38,867 bases of DNA, taken from positions 1 to 38,867 of the forward strand of contig DATDWU010000027.1 in the NCBI GenBank assembly GCA_035289525.1. The letters run 5' to 3'. The first letter of the stretch is position 1. Each line of letters starts with the position of its first letter. Below are positions 1 to 9,162 of this stretch, one piece after another. Source of the stretch: Patescibacteria group bacterium. GTDB lineage: Bacteria; Patescibacteriota; Microgenomatia; Daviesbacterales; UBA10151. Under the pieces are notes generated by a model. That model made no database searches. It saw only the letters and a list, made by a program, of their open reading frames with translations, and was not told the DNA's origin. The translations under genes and the position numbers were made by a program.

Positions 1-19
1 AATACACCCAATTCTTTCT

Positions 20-95
20 TGGCGCGCCCGGAGGGACTCGAACCCCCAACCGCGACGTCCGAAGCGTCGTGCTCTATCCATTAAGCTACGGGCGC
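20..95 (-). tRNA. tRNA-Arg, anticodon UCG, CCA encoded
   Basis: The reverse complement GCGCCCGTAGCTTAATGGATAGAGCACGACGCTTCGGACGTCGCGGTTGGGGGTTCGAGTCCCTCCGGGCGCGCCA is 76 nt and folds as a cloverleaf. Acceptor is GCGCCCG/CGGGCGC; anticodon arm is CGACG-CTTCGGA-CGTCG (UCG); T arm is GGGGG-TTCGAGT-CCCTC; then G73 and CCA. Confidence 0.9.
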
Positions 96-184
96 AAATT
101 ATATAGTTGCCCTCGCTTGCGAGATTTTCGCCATTATCAAAATCGATGTTTTGATAATGCTTCAATCTTTTAAGCTACGGGCGC
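96..184 (-). repeat. tRNA-Arg-derived pseudo-unit 1 (89 nt), directly upstream of the tRNA
   Basis: 16-nt identity ttaagctacgggcgca at 170-185 versus 81-96, which is the tRNA 5' acceptor/D start. It keeps a D-arm-like GCTT..AAGC, then a perfect 11-bp hairpin at 132-159 (cattatcaaaa/ttttgataatg), followed on the minus strand by GCGAA. The acceptor 3' strand is only partly complementary. Confidence 0.6.
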
Positions 185-274
185 ATTTTTTCAAAATGCT
201 TGTATCTTGCCGTAACTTCGCTACTATTGAAATATTCTTTTCAATAGTACTACGTTACGTAAAGCTACGGGCGC
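185..274 (-). repeat. tRNA-Arg-derived pseudo-unit 2 (90 nt)
   Basis: 16-nt identity aagctacgggcgcaaa at 262-277 versus 83-98. A perfect 11-bp hairpin at 222-248 (tactattgaaa/tttcaatagta) is nested in an outer stem cgtaac/gttacg (211-216/254-259). On the minus strand it is again followed by GCGAA. Confidence 0.6.
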
Positions 275-398
275 AAAAAACATCGAAGATTCTGCCAACC
301 TAAAGTCTCTCCATAGATTAATGGTTACCGAATCATCGAACCCAATCATTGTTTGCTTTTTAAGTTTTAAAAACAATAGCAACAATTCACCTGATATT

Positions 399-731
399 TT
401 AGCAAATTAATAGCTTTTGATTTGGCTCAATTTTAAATTTGCTTATTGTTCCTGTGGGTAGCTCCAAAACATTAAAATATCCGGGATTCCAGAAGAAGAA
501 GCGGTTAGGTTTTAAATTCTTTTTTAATGTTACAACTTTGAAATCCTGATTCAGGACAATAACGTCGACAGGTTCTTTGAGAAAAAACGTATGAATACCA
601 AAGCGGGTTTTAAAAAGCATGTTGCGTGGATTGGTTTTTATGAGTAGTCCGAACATCCGGTCGATAAAAGATCGGGCTATTTTTAAGTCTTTACAAATAA
701 TTTTACCGGTAGTCAGGCTTTTCAGAATCAT
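399..731 (-). CDS. DUF192 family protein
   Basis: DUF192-like core RMFGLL..NMLF..FGIHTFFLKEPVDVIVLN..VLELP. ATG at 731 is preceded by GGAGAAGGA about 8 nt upstream. The ORF-track GTG at 800 is a less likely start. Confidence 0.6.
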   Translation of the reverse strand: MILKSLTTGKIICKDLKIARSFIDRMFGLLIKTNPRNMLFKTRFGIHTFFLKEPVDVIVLNQDFKVVTLKKNLKPNRFFFWNPGYFNVLELPTGTISKFKIEPNQKLLIC

Positions 732-844
732 AAAAAGATCCTTCTCCGCCGGCTGGCGGATCAGGATGACAAATGTTGAAATAACTATAGCATTTGTCAC
801 TTGCGTTTATGGGTTTACGATGATATCATGCCTGAAACTTAACT

Positions 845-1576
845 ATGGCAGGCCCAAAGAAAAAAACTACAGTCAAAAAAACCGAACTTAAGGTAACCGC
901 ACCCCGGAAAACATCAAGAGCTAAGGCAGCCGCAGAGACTGAAGCTTCGTTTTTTGATTCGGCTGACCAAAGTCCCAAAAAGACAATTATCACAAAGAAA
1001 TATTTATATGCGGTGGTAGTTGTTTTAGCAGTAATCGGAGTTTTATTTACTGCCTCAAGGTTTTGGGTGATTGCCTGGGTTGATAATAAGCCGGTAACTA
1101 AATTCGAGCTTTATTCTCTTCTGGAAAGCCGCGATAAAGGAAAAACTTCGGAAGAGTTGATTGTTAATGCCCTGTTGAAGTCGGAAGGAGCAAAACAACG
1201 CCAATCGGTGGAGGAAGCCGAAATCGAGGAGGAAGTAAAAAAGATTGAATCAAACCAGGGTGGGGCGGAACAGCTTGACCAGATTCTTTCAATCAGAGGG
1301 CTGACCCGCGAAGACTTCCGGAAACTGGTTTCTCAGCAGTTATTAATCCAGAAATTGTTTGGTCAAGGTGTGAATATTACCGATGACGATGTTGCTAAAT
1401 TTATTGAATCGGAAAAAGCTTCTTTGGATCCCCAGGCTTTAGCTAACCCGGAAAGCTCGGAAGCAGCCAGGATGCGGGATGGAATAAAAGAACAGCTTAA
1501 GTGGAATAAGGTCAACGAAAACTACAATAACTGGTTAAAAGAGAATTTAAACGGCAGCCGGGTCAGCCGGAACTGA
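845..1576 (+). CDS. Membrane-anchored SurA N-terminal-domain-like chaperone (no PPIase domain seen)
   Basis: Lys-rich N-terminus, one TM helix (YLYAVVVVLAVIGVLF), then a SurA_N-like segment (VDNKPVTKFELYSLLE..QQLLIQKLFG). Confidence 0.45.
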   Translation: MAGPKKKTTVKKTELKVTAPRKTSRAKAAAETEASFFDSADQSPKKTIITKKYLYAVVVVLAVIGVLFTASRFWVIAWVDNKPVTKFELYSLLESRDKGKTSEELIVNALLKSEGAKQRQSVEEAEIEEEVKKIESNQGGAEQLDQILSIRGLTREDFRKLVSQQLLIQKLFGQGVNITDDDVAKFIESEKASLDPQALANPESSEAARMRDGIKEQLKWNKVNENYNNWLKENLNGSRVSRN

Positions 1577-2236
1577 TTTTTCCTTCAACTTTTTTTCAGG
1601 CACAGCAATTCCGGCCAGCAGTCCAAACGAAGTTCCGATCAAAAATCCTCCGGTAACGTCGGTAGTCCAATGCTCCCCCAAATAGATCCTGGAGACCGTC
1701 ATTAAAATTAATATTCCTGCCAGAATCGGCTGGGCAATAGTTTGGAAATATTTGCTTCGCCTGAAAGAGAAAAAACACATTAAAAAAACAATCAAAAAAG
1801 CAGTTCTTGTTTCGTGTCCGGAGGGGTAAGAATATAAATCATGAACAAAATATTTTGGGAATTGGATTTCGAGCACACCTCTGTAAAACATGAACGGAGG
1901 AGCAGGATGATGAACAAAAACCTTACCGAATATCTCAATGGCTAAGGCTAAAGGAAGAAGCAGGAGGGAGACTGCAGTCAGCCAAAATTTTCTAATAGCC
2001 ATTAAAATAAATAGTGTCAACCAAATTACACCGGTTACCTCGGCTGATCCTAAAACCGAAAACCAGGAAAAAAGATAGTCAAGCCGGCGTGGAATTCTAT
2101 CCTGGAATTTAACCGTTAAATCGAAATCAAGTTGGGTAAAAGTTTCCTTAGCCACAAGATACGAAAAGAATATAAACAGTATGAACAGGAAGGCTGCAAT
2201 TACAAACAAGAATTTCTTATTAAATATTTTTTTCAT
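1547..2236 (-). CDS. PAP2 family phosphatase (membrane)
   Basis: PAP2 motifs PSGHETR and SRIYLGEHWTTDVTGG, with multiple TM helices. Confidence 0.8.
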   Translation of the reverse strand: MKKIFNKKFLFVIAAFLFILFIFFSYLVAKETFTQLDFDLTVKFQDRIPRRLDYLFSWFSVLGSAEVTGVIWLTLFILMAIRKFWLTAVSLLLLPLALAIEIFGKVFVHHPAPPFMFYRGVLEIQFPKYFVHDLYSYPSGHETRTAFLIVFLMCFFSFRRSKYFQTIAQPILAGILILMTVSRIYLGEHWTTDVTGGFLIGTSFGLLAGIAVPEKKLKEKSVPADPAAV

Positions 2237-2298
2237 CCTTGATTTAAAACCATTAAACTATGTTACAGGAGAATAAAGGTTTCAGGCAAGTCACCTAC

Positions 2299-3090
2299 TT
2301 AACGGTTGCGCTCGTTGCGGACAAAAAGGTAAGTCCCGACAGAAAGCATGACTGTAAACAAGATGCTGATAACAATCAGGTTAACTAACGGGTGGTACAA
2401 AACGACATATTGGTAATCCGGTTGGCCCCAATAATAAAGTCCTCTGAAAAAATCCACCGCATAAGTCATTGGTGCCAGGCGCGAAAGTACTAAAATCGGC
2501 AAAGGCAACTCTTTAATCGGGTTAAAAACCCCGGCCAGAAAAAACTGGGGGAAAATTACAAAAGGGAAAAGTTGATTGGCGCTTCTCTGATTTCCTAAGG
2601 CAGCCATTACTAAAACCCCAAACGCCCCGCCTAATAAACAGGCGGCAATTATCGCTGGTGTTGCCAAAAGGAGCTGTGCCGTAGTAATAGCAATCGGGAA
2701 AAATAATCCCATGAATAAACCAAAAAAGACAACACCAACAGCCTGTACGAGCGATACTAACGACTCGCCTAATATTTTACCGAATATTATAGAATAACGG
2801 GAAATTGGGGAGACGAACATTTCCTGGGAAAAATCAGATTCCCGGTCCTGGATTAATGAGATGATTCCGGAAGCTGTGGACTGAAATAAGGTTTGAGCTA
2901 AAACTCCGGTAAAGGTAAAAGTTAAATAGTTAAAAGCAATAAATTGGCCAATATTAGATTGCAAGCTGGTTCCTAACGCACCAATAAAAATTATCGGAAA
3001 TATAAAGGAAATTACTAATCGGAAACGGTCCCTAAGCAGTTTGGTAAAGTCTCTTAGGGCAATAGTTAATATGGCGTTAATTTCCTTCAT
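2299..3090 (-). CDS. ABC-2 type transporter permease
   Basis: About six TM helices and an ABC-2 permease-like layout downstream of the ATPase. ATG at 3090 is preceded by GGAGG. The longer ORF-track start at 3144 overlaps the ATPase gene. Confidence 0.75.
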   Translation of the reverse strand: MKEINAILTIALRDFTKLLRDRFRLVISFIFPIIFIGALGTSLQSNIGQFIAFNYLTFTFTGVLAQTLFQSTASGIISLIQDRESDFSQEMFVSPISRYSIIFGKILGESLVSLVQAVGVVFFGLFMGLFFPIAITTAQLLLATPAIIAACLLGGAFGVLVMAALGNQRSANQLFPFVIFPQFFLAGVFNPIKELPLPILVLSRLAPMTYAVDFFRGLYYWGQPDYQYVVLYHPLVNLIVISILFTVMLSVGTYLFVRNERNR

Positions 3091-3097
3091 AATATCG

Positions 3098-4063
3098 TTA
3101 CCTCCGAAGGAGGGGTGTGTTATCGTTAATCGTTTGTTCGCCAATAATTTCTAAGTATGCCTCTTCCAAGCTCGGTGCATGGGTTTTTATATTGGATAAT
3201 TTAGTGCGCAGTCCTCCTAAGAAACTTTGAATATCTTTGTTCTGAATAAATACCTTAAACTCTGCCATTTCCTCAAAACGGATATTTTTACGGGTTAACT
3301 CGGTTATTAATGCGGGTTTATTTGCAGATTCGACAATCAAATAATCTTTGATCAAGTTTCTTTTAATGTATTCCGGAGTGCCTTCCTTAACAATTTTTCC
3401 GTGATTTATTATGCAAATATGGTCGGTTTCTTCGGCCTCTTCAAGATAGTGGGTAGTCAAAAATACGGTAGTTTTTTCCTCACCCATAATTTGCTTTAAA
3501 TACTGCCAAAGATTTCTCCGGGCTTGCGGGTCAAGTCCGATTGTTGGCTCATCTAAAAATAAAACCTTAGGCCGGTGCATTAGCGACCTGATTATTTCCA
3601 ATTTTCTTTTCATTCCACCCGAGAATTTTTTAACCGGTTTATACATCTCACCTTTAAGATCCAAAATATCGGCCAGTTCATTGACCCGCTTTTTATAACT
3701 TTCCGGCATTAAAGAATAGAGCGGACGGAAAGGGTAGAGTCCATACAAAATTGCATGAAAACGGATATTTTCTTCGGCGGTTAAATTTAAATCAAGAGAG
3801 GGATTTTGAAAAATTATGCCGACCTTTCTTCTGACCTGGCTGGACTGCTTATCAATATCAAAGCCGGCAATATTTACATCTCCGGAAGTTTTGGACAGTG
3901 TTGTCGTCAGGATTGAAATAGTAGTGGTTTTACCGGCGCCGTTCGGGCCTAAAAAAGCAAAAAATTCGCCCTCCTTTACCTCGAAAGAAATTTCGTCAAC
4001 GGCATTTTGGGATGATTTTTTATATTTCTTTACTAAATTCTTAACGGAAATAATTTGATTCAT
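3098..4063 (-). CDS. ABC transporter ATP-binding protein (DrrA/ABC-2 type)
   Basis: Walker A GPNGAGKTT, signature FSGGMKRKL, Walker B LFLDEPTIGLD. Confidence 0.9.
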   Translation of the reverse strand: MNQIISVKNLVKKYKKSSQNAVDEISFEVKEGEFFAFLGPNGAGKTTTISILTTTLSKTSGDVNIAGFDIDKQSSQVRRKVGIIFQNPSLDLNLTAEENIRFHAILYGLYPFRPLYSLMPESYKKRVNELADILDLKGEMYKPVKKFSGGMKRKLEIIRSLMHRPKVLFLDEPTIGLDPQARRNLWQYLKQIMGEEKTTVFLTTHYLEEAEETDHICIINHGKIVKEGTPEYIKRNLIKDYLIVESANKPALITELTRKNIRFEEMAEFKVFIQNKDIQSFLGGLRTKLSNIKTHAPSLEEAYLEIIGEQTINDNTPLLRR

Positions 4064-4075
4064 GCAATTGTTCTA

Positions 4076-4172
4076 GGTGACTAATGTGACTAAGGATACT
4101 AAGGTGACGAAGGAAGCTCAGATTTATGTTATATACTTTGGAAACCTCAGTTGCCTCAGTTGCTTAAGTTAC
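4076..4172. repeat. Inverted arrays of tandem 9-mers (imperfect long palindrome)
   Basis: Left arm 4076-4111 is four tandem 9-mers: ggtgactaa tgtgactaa ggatactaa ggtgacgaa. Right arm 4142-4172 is aaacctcag ttgcctcag ttgcttaag ttac. The units are largely complementary (tgactaagg versus cctcagttg: 6 Watson-Crick plus 2 G-T pairs). Confidence 0.55.
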
Positions 4173-4184
4173 ATTATCTACCTT

Positions 4185-5762
4185 TTATCCTAATTTCTCA
4201 CGCTGGGTGCGTAAGAAAATAAACCACTGCTCGAAAAATCCGAATATAACTTTAAATGGTGTTTCGATAAGAAGATCAAAGAAGAATAAAATGATATTGA
4301 TTTTAGAAATATTCTCAGTCAACCGTCTGCCGGCATGGATGATCGGCAGGAAGAAAAAGTCAAACAGAACCGACTTAAAGCTTTGCTTGTCGGTTTGGAG
4401 GGAATAAACATGGGCGGTCTGATTAATCCGGTAACAGATAAATGAAACAATCAGCAGGAAGAAAATAAAGACGGTTTGGCTGACAATAGTCATATTAAGC
4501 AGCGTCAGGGCGTAAACTATCGAGCCTAGCGTTAATACCAGTGCCGCCAGCCAGAGGACAATGAAAATAAAACTTAAAATTGGGTCGACTTTTTTGCCGG
4601 CCTTACGCAAAACCAAAGGCTGCCAGGCATCCTGGCCGGTTGTATAAATTATTGATTTTATCTTATCCCAAATACGCAAAGAATTATCCCGGTCCGGAGT
4701 TTTTATGAAAAGGGCCGCCACCACCATCAGCAAAGGCGGGAAAACCGTATTTAAAGCAATCGAACTCCAGATAACATGGCCGTAAATCAGGCTTTCAAGG
4801 CTGCCCTCAACCCCCAAACCGAAAACCGCTTTTGTAACGATAATAAAGATGACACCCCGGACAATTGCCCGGCTGACCTTTTCCCTGATATTGTCGTATT
4901 TTTTGGTGCAGGTGTTTATAACCGTTACTTTGAAATCATCGATGTTCCTGATCAGGTCGCCGTTTTTACCGCGGTGCTGTTTTAAAATTTCCTCAAGAAT
5001 ATAGAAAGGAATGGACTGGTTTTTGAAAAAAGTTATCAGCTTATCTTTGAGCGGATAATTGATCTGGTAGTTAATTTGCTTGTAGGCTTCCAGAAAGTTA
5101 ATGGCAATGTGCTCGAGATTATTTTCGGTCAGCTCGCCGAATATCTGGATAAAAAGATGGTAGCGCAAAAGAGGTAAGTCCTGGTTGGCATAAGTCCGGC
5201 GGATCGATAAAAAGACCTGGGCGTCTTTGGTGGTGTTGCTGTCATCGGAGATAACTACTTTGTCTTTAAAAAACTGGAACATGAAATTGGCAATCAGTTC
5301 GCGGTCTTTTGAAGGACTGAGAATATTTTCGATAGCCGAGGACATAAAATTTAAAATCCATTCATTAACTATGCCCCGGTTGACGCGGTGCTTTTGACTG
5401 ACTTTATCCTGGAGATGCAAATACAAGGTGATAATTTTTTCAACCCGGTCTGTGATGCTTTCGGGGACTGTGCCCTCCGGAAAATAGCGGGCCCAAACCA
5501 GTTCCCTGACTAAAGGCTCGGCAATCGTCTGGGCGTTTCCTCCCAGCAAAAATCTCCTGCGCAGGATCCTTTCAATCGCTCCCCGCAAAACTGCATCGTC
5601 ATCCCGGAAATCCATGGCATTGCGTAATTTTTCATACCAGGAAGCCACCTCGGAAACGACCGGATTGACGGAAATCATTTTGTCATAAGAATGGGCTTTT
5701 TCTTTATCGAAATGATTAATTAAATACTCGGAAATAGGCGAGAGCCCCTTGTAACTTTCCAT
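4185..5762 (-). CDS. Hypothetical membrane protein (soluble N-terminal region of about 330 aa plus C-terminal TM bundle)
   Basis: Long intact ORF with several C-terminal hydrophobic helices. No motif recognised. Confidence 0.5.
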   Translation of the reverse strand: MESYKGLSPISEYLINHFDKEKAHSYDKMISVNPVVSEVASWYEKLRNAMDFRDDDAVLRGAIERILRRRFLLGGNAQTIAEPLVRELVWARYFPEGTVPESITDRVEKIITLYLHLQDKVSQKHRVNRGIVNEWILNFMSSAIENILSPSKDRELIANFMFQFFKDKVVISDDSNTTKDAQVFLSIRRTYANQDLPLLRYHLFIQIFGELTENNLEHIAINFLEAYKQINYQINYPLKDKLITFFKNQSIPFYILEEILKQHRGKNGDLIRNIDDFKVTVINTCTKKYDNIREKVSRAIVRGVIFIIVTKAVFGLGVEGSLESLIYGHVIWSSIALNTVFPPLLMVVAALFIKTPDRDNSLRIWDKIKSIIYTTGQDAWQPLVLRKAGKKVDPILSFIFIVLWLAALVLTLGSIVYALTLLNMTIVSQTVFIFFLLIVSFICYRINQTAHVYSLQTDKQSFKSVLFDFFFLPIIHAGRRLTENISKINIILFFFDLLIETPFKVIFGFFEQWFIFLRTQREKLG

Positions 5763-5801
5763 ACCCTAAGAGTACCACAATCTGCTAAAATTTTGTCTGG
5801 T

Positions 5802-6788
5802 ATGAAAATACTGGTCATTACTACTAAAACGGGGGAAACCCGCGACCTTTACCGGGTGTCGGAGAAACTATTGGATAAAATAAGAAATGCCGGGGATAAC
5901 GTTGAAGTCTTAAGTTCGGGTGAGAAAGATCCGGGCGTTGAGAAGAAAATGCTCGGGGCCGATGTGCTGATTACCTCCGAATTCGGCATGCTAAATGAGA
6001 CAAACAGCCGGAATTTAAAATGGGTCCATTTAACTTCGGCCGGAACTAATAAACTGCCGGATTTTATTAAAAGTTCGGACATTTATATTACCAATTCCTC
6101 AGGCGTCCATCCGATTCCGATTGCCGAGCATGTTTTTGGCCTGATGCTGATGCTTATACGGAAAATAAATCTGGCTTTTAGAATTCAGGTTGAGAAGAAA
6201 GAGTGGTTCAGAAGTTATGAATATTACCGTCCGGATGAGCTTTATGGAAAACAGCTGTTAATTGTCGGTATGGGACGGATCGGTGAAAGAATTGCCGAAA
6301 TTGCCGGGGTTTTTGGGATGGAAGTAACGGGTATTGTCAGAGATCTGTCAAAGAAAAGAGAGACCCCGGTGCAATTGTTTGAACTTAAAGATTTAAAGGA
6401 GCTGGTTGGTAAGTCAGACTTTGTCGTCAACTGTTTGCCCGGTATTCCCTCAACAGCCGGGATATTTGATTTGGAATTGTTAAAAAAGTTTAAGAAAAGT
6501 GCTTACATTATCAATATAGGCAGGGGCACGACCATTGTTGAAACAGATTTAATTGAGGCCCTGAAAAAGGGGCTGATAGCCGGAGCGGGATTGGATGTTT
6601 TTGAAGTTGAGCCTCTGCCGAAATCGTCTCCTCTTTGGAATCTGGAAAATGTCATTATCACACCGCATTATTCGGGCTGGAATCCTAACTACACCGAGAG
6701 AGTGGTTGATATTTTTATTGAAAACTTACAGGCATATCTTAACGGGAAGAAACTGCCAAACCTGGTTGATAAAAAATTAGGTTATTAG
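5802..6788 (+). CDS. D-isomer-specific 2-hydroxyacid dehydrogenase family protein
   Basis: NAD-binding site GMGRIGERIA, INIGRG, LDVFEVEPLP, ITPHYSG. ATG at 5802 is preferred over TTG at 5793. Confidence 0.8.
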   Translation: MKILVITTKTGETRDLYRVSEKLLDKIRNAGDNVEVLSSGEKDPGVEKKMLGADVLITSEFGMLNETNSRNLKWVHLTSAGTNKLPDFIKSSDIYITNSSGVHPIPIAEHVFGLMLMLIRKINLAFRIQVEKKEWFRSYEYYRPDELYGKQLLIVGMGRIGERIAEIAGVFGMEVTGIVRDLSKKRETPVQLFELKDLKELVGKSDFVVNCLPGIPSTAGIFDLELLKKFKKSAYIINIGRGTTIVETDLIEALKKGLIAGAGLDVFEVEPLPKSSPLWNLENVIITPHYSGWNPNYTERVVDIFIENLQAYLNGKKLPNLVDKKLGY

Positions 6789-6789
6789 T

Positions 6790-8292
6790 ATGAAAATTTT
6801 GCTGAAGAATATATTTTCGGACAGGAAATTAATCGTTACTCTGAGCTTAATTTTAATTCTTCATTTGTTTTTAAGACTTTATCATGCCGAGGCAAATTTA
6901 GGCTTTGGCCACGATGAAGATTTGGGCGGGTGGATTGCCAAAGATATTATCGCCGATCATAACTTCAGGCTGATTGGCCAGGAAACCAGCATAGACGGAT
7001 TATTTATCGGACCGCTTTTTTATTATCTTCAGGCCGGCTATTTTGCGCTGTTTAATATGGATCCGATCGGCGGATTGTATTTGACTCTGACCATTTCGGT
7101 TATTACTTTTTTCAGTATTTATTACGTGTTCAGACGTTTTTTTGGGCTGAACACCGCTCTGACAGGAGTCTTTCTCTATGCCGGTTCGCAGGCCCTGGCC
7201 GGTCACGATACCTGGATTGTGCCGACCCAACCGACCCTTCTTTGGACGACCTGGTTTTTGTTTGCCCTTTTCTACATTATTAAAGAAGGAAATCCGAAAA
7301 TCTTTCTTTTGCTCGGGGTCTTGCTCGGATTAATCTGGTATATCCATATCGCTTTTGTGCCGCTAATTCTACTGATATTTTTAGCCTTTTTTGTTTCAAA
7401 AAAACGCCCGGTTCTTAAGAAAATAATATTCAACAGGCAAACATTTTTTGGAATTATTATCTTTTTATTTCTGATGCTGCCTTTCTTTGCATTTGAGATC
7501 CGTCATAATTTTACCCAAACTCAAAGTTTGATTAAGTCATTGTCCGAAGACAGGCATCAGGAAAACGGCCGGATTTTTAAAGTTTATGACGGGGTATCCT
7601 GGTCGTTTATGAATATCATTTATGAAATTAGAAACACCAATCCCGATTGGATTAGGATCTATCAGGCGGTGATGCTGTTTATTTTCACCGGAATGTTAAT
7701 GGCTAACGCCAAATACCTGGGCCGGTATGGGGTAGTTATATATGGTTGGTTGGGTCTTGTTATCATCAGTCAGTTAATTTCCAAAAGGGCAATCAGCGAA
7801 TACTATTTTACCAACCTGAGTGTTCTAGAAATATTAACAATAGCCGTATTTTTAACCGGTCTGACTAAAAAAAACTATTTAAAAATTTTTGTTTTAATTT
7901 TGCTGGCAATTTTCGCAATTTTGAATCTGGATAGCGTAATTAAAAGACTTCCCAACGGCGAAGGATATTTGATGAGGAAAAAACTGGTGGCTTTTATAGC
8001 TAAAGATGCAAAAAAGAACAATTACCCCTGCATATCCATAAACTATATGACTTCGCCCGGTAAAAACGCCGGTTTCAGATATTTTTTCTGGTTGAACGGC
8101 CTTAATGTGATAAGCACAGGTAACGATGTAGCGGTTTACAGCATCTTAAACCCGGCGGTTATGTCGGAGAAAGAAATAGCAGATAGGGAGGGAGTATTAG
8201 GAGTGATTTTGCCTGATAAACCAAGGGTTGATGAAGCAGCCTGTAAAAAACCGGAACGCCGGTTATTGCCGCCCTGGAGGTTTAATAATTAA
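6790..8292 (+). CDS. GT-C fold glycosyltransferase (family 39 / ArnT-PMT-like), polytopic membrane protein
   Basis: More than 10 TM helices and an early acidic loop motif GHDEDLGGW, typical of GT-C enzymes. Starts 1 nt after the upstream stop codon. Confidence 0.45.
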   Translation: MKILLKNIFSDRKLIVTLSLILILHLFLRLYHAEANLGFGHDEDLGGWIAKDIIADHNFRLIGQETSIDGLFIGPLFYYLQAGYFALFNMDPIGGLYLTLTISVITFFSIYYVFRRFFGLNTALTGVFLYAGSQALAGHDTWIVPTQPTLLWTTWFLFALFYIIKEGNPKIFLLLGVLLGLIWYIHIAFVPLILLIFLAFFVSKKRPVLKKIIFNRQTFFGIIIFLFLMLPFFAFEIRHNFTQTQSLIKSLSEDRHQENGRIFKVYDGVSWSFMNIIYEIRNTNPDWIRIYQAVMLFIFTGMLMANAKYLGRYGVVIYGWLGLVIISQLISKRAISEYYFTNLSVLEILTIAVFLTGLTKKNYLKIFVLILLAIFAILNLDSVIKRLPNGEGYLMRKKLVAFIAKDAKKNNYPCISINYMTSPGKNAGFRYFFWLNGLNVISTGNDVAVYSILNPAVMSEKEIADREGVLGVILPDKPRVDEAACKKPERRLLPPWRFNN

Positions 8293-8999
8293 TTGCCAAG
8301 CGTAAAGTATTTCAGGGAGCTTTTTCTGCCGTCTGAAGTTGATATCTGAAAGCCGTATTCCTGATTAGGCAAAGCAGGCAATCCAAACCTTACTCTTGAG
8401 CTCGACCAGTATCGGATTTGTCCGTTTCCGGCCAAATTATTGTCCGCATAAATATCAATAGATCCTCTCTTGCTCCCAAATTCCTTTCCTTCAAAAACTA
8501 TCTCATATTCGCCGTTTAAAAGCCTGACTGACGTTGAATTAATGACAGGTTGCCCATTTTTAACAGTAAATTTAATTTCATTGCTTTTTTTGTTCTCTGA
8601 AGTGATAACCTGGATTCTGTACGACCCTTTCTTTACTGCCGGAACCTTGGCTTTAATCCCGGTTGGAGACCACGAGACTATCGGCGCGCCGCCTGAGGAA
8701 TAACTTTGGTTGTAGTAACGGAAACTGACCGAGCCGGCGGTACTGCCGAAATTTAAACCGGTTAAAGTAAACTCCTGCATGAAATTGGCTGAAGACGGGT
8801 CCACATCATCAATTTCTACGGCTGTGGTGACGGAAGGTGCGGGTGTGACTGAGGGGCTTGGCGATGGAGTATGGCTTGGCGCAGGGGTTGAGGAGGCAGC
8901 CGGGGTGCTAGTCGGGAAAGGAAAAGGTTTTATTGACGGAAAAGGGAAAGGGTTGAAAAAAGAAATTGCAATCGGTACTGCCAGTAAGCTTGTTAACAT
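8289..8999 (-). CDS. Secreted protein with P/S/T-rich linker and two IPT/TIG-like domains
   Basis: Signal-like N-terminus, the linker PTSTPAASSTPAPSHTPSPSPSVTPAPS, then repeats of the pattern ..TLTGLNFGSTAGSVSF.. / ..FEGKEFGSKRGSIDIY.. Confidence 0.5.
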   Translation of the reverse strand: MLTSLLAVPIAISFFNPFPFPSIKPFPFPTSTPAASSTPAPSHTPSPSPSVTPAPSVTTAVEIDDVDPSSANFMQEFTLTGLNFGSTAGSVSFRYYNQSYSSGGAPIVSWSPTGIKAKVPAVKKGSYRIQVITSENKKSNEIKFTVKNGQPVINSTSVRLLNGEYEIVFEGKEFGSKRGSIDIYADNNLAGNGQIRYWSSSRVRFGLPALPNQEYGFQISTSDGRKSSLKYFTLGN

Positions 9000-9084
9000 A
9001 ACAACAGGCAGTAAGAGGTAGATTTAACCACAGGCTAAATATAAATGCAATTGCATCAAACCGGATCAATATAATTTCCGGTGA

Positions 9085-9118
9085 TTAGCTTCCCACCTCT
9101 CAGGTGTCAACGTAAAGT
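9085..9118. repeat. 34-nt dispersed repeat, degenerate copy (partner inside dinB at 25086-25119)
   Basis: ttagcttcccacctctcaggtgtcaacgtaaagt matches 25086-25119 at 30/34 positions, and the first 22 nt are identical. Confidence 0.7.
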
Positions 9119-9162
9119 AGGCGGATATGCGTTCAGGTAATATTGCTGTATAATCCCTTGTT

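Noticed and set aside
81-277. Three evenly spaced 16-nt repeats that could be read as a mini CRISPR array.
   Set aside because: There are only three copies. The repeat is the 5' end of the adjacent tRNA. The 'spacers' are homologous hairpin-containing units, and no cas genes are present.
9061-9162. Possible preQ1 riboswitch in the leader of the queuosine-precursor transporter gene yhhQ.
   Set aside because: The only hairpin (ccacc-tctca-ggtg) lacks the preQ1-I loop and the A-rich pseudoknot tail. The same 22-mer recurs inside dinB, so it is a dispersed repeat. A TATAAT 8 nt from the ATG leaves essentially no leader.
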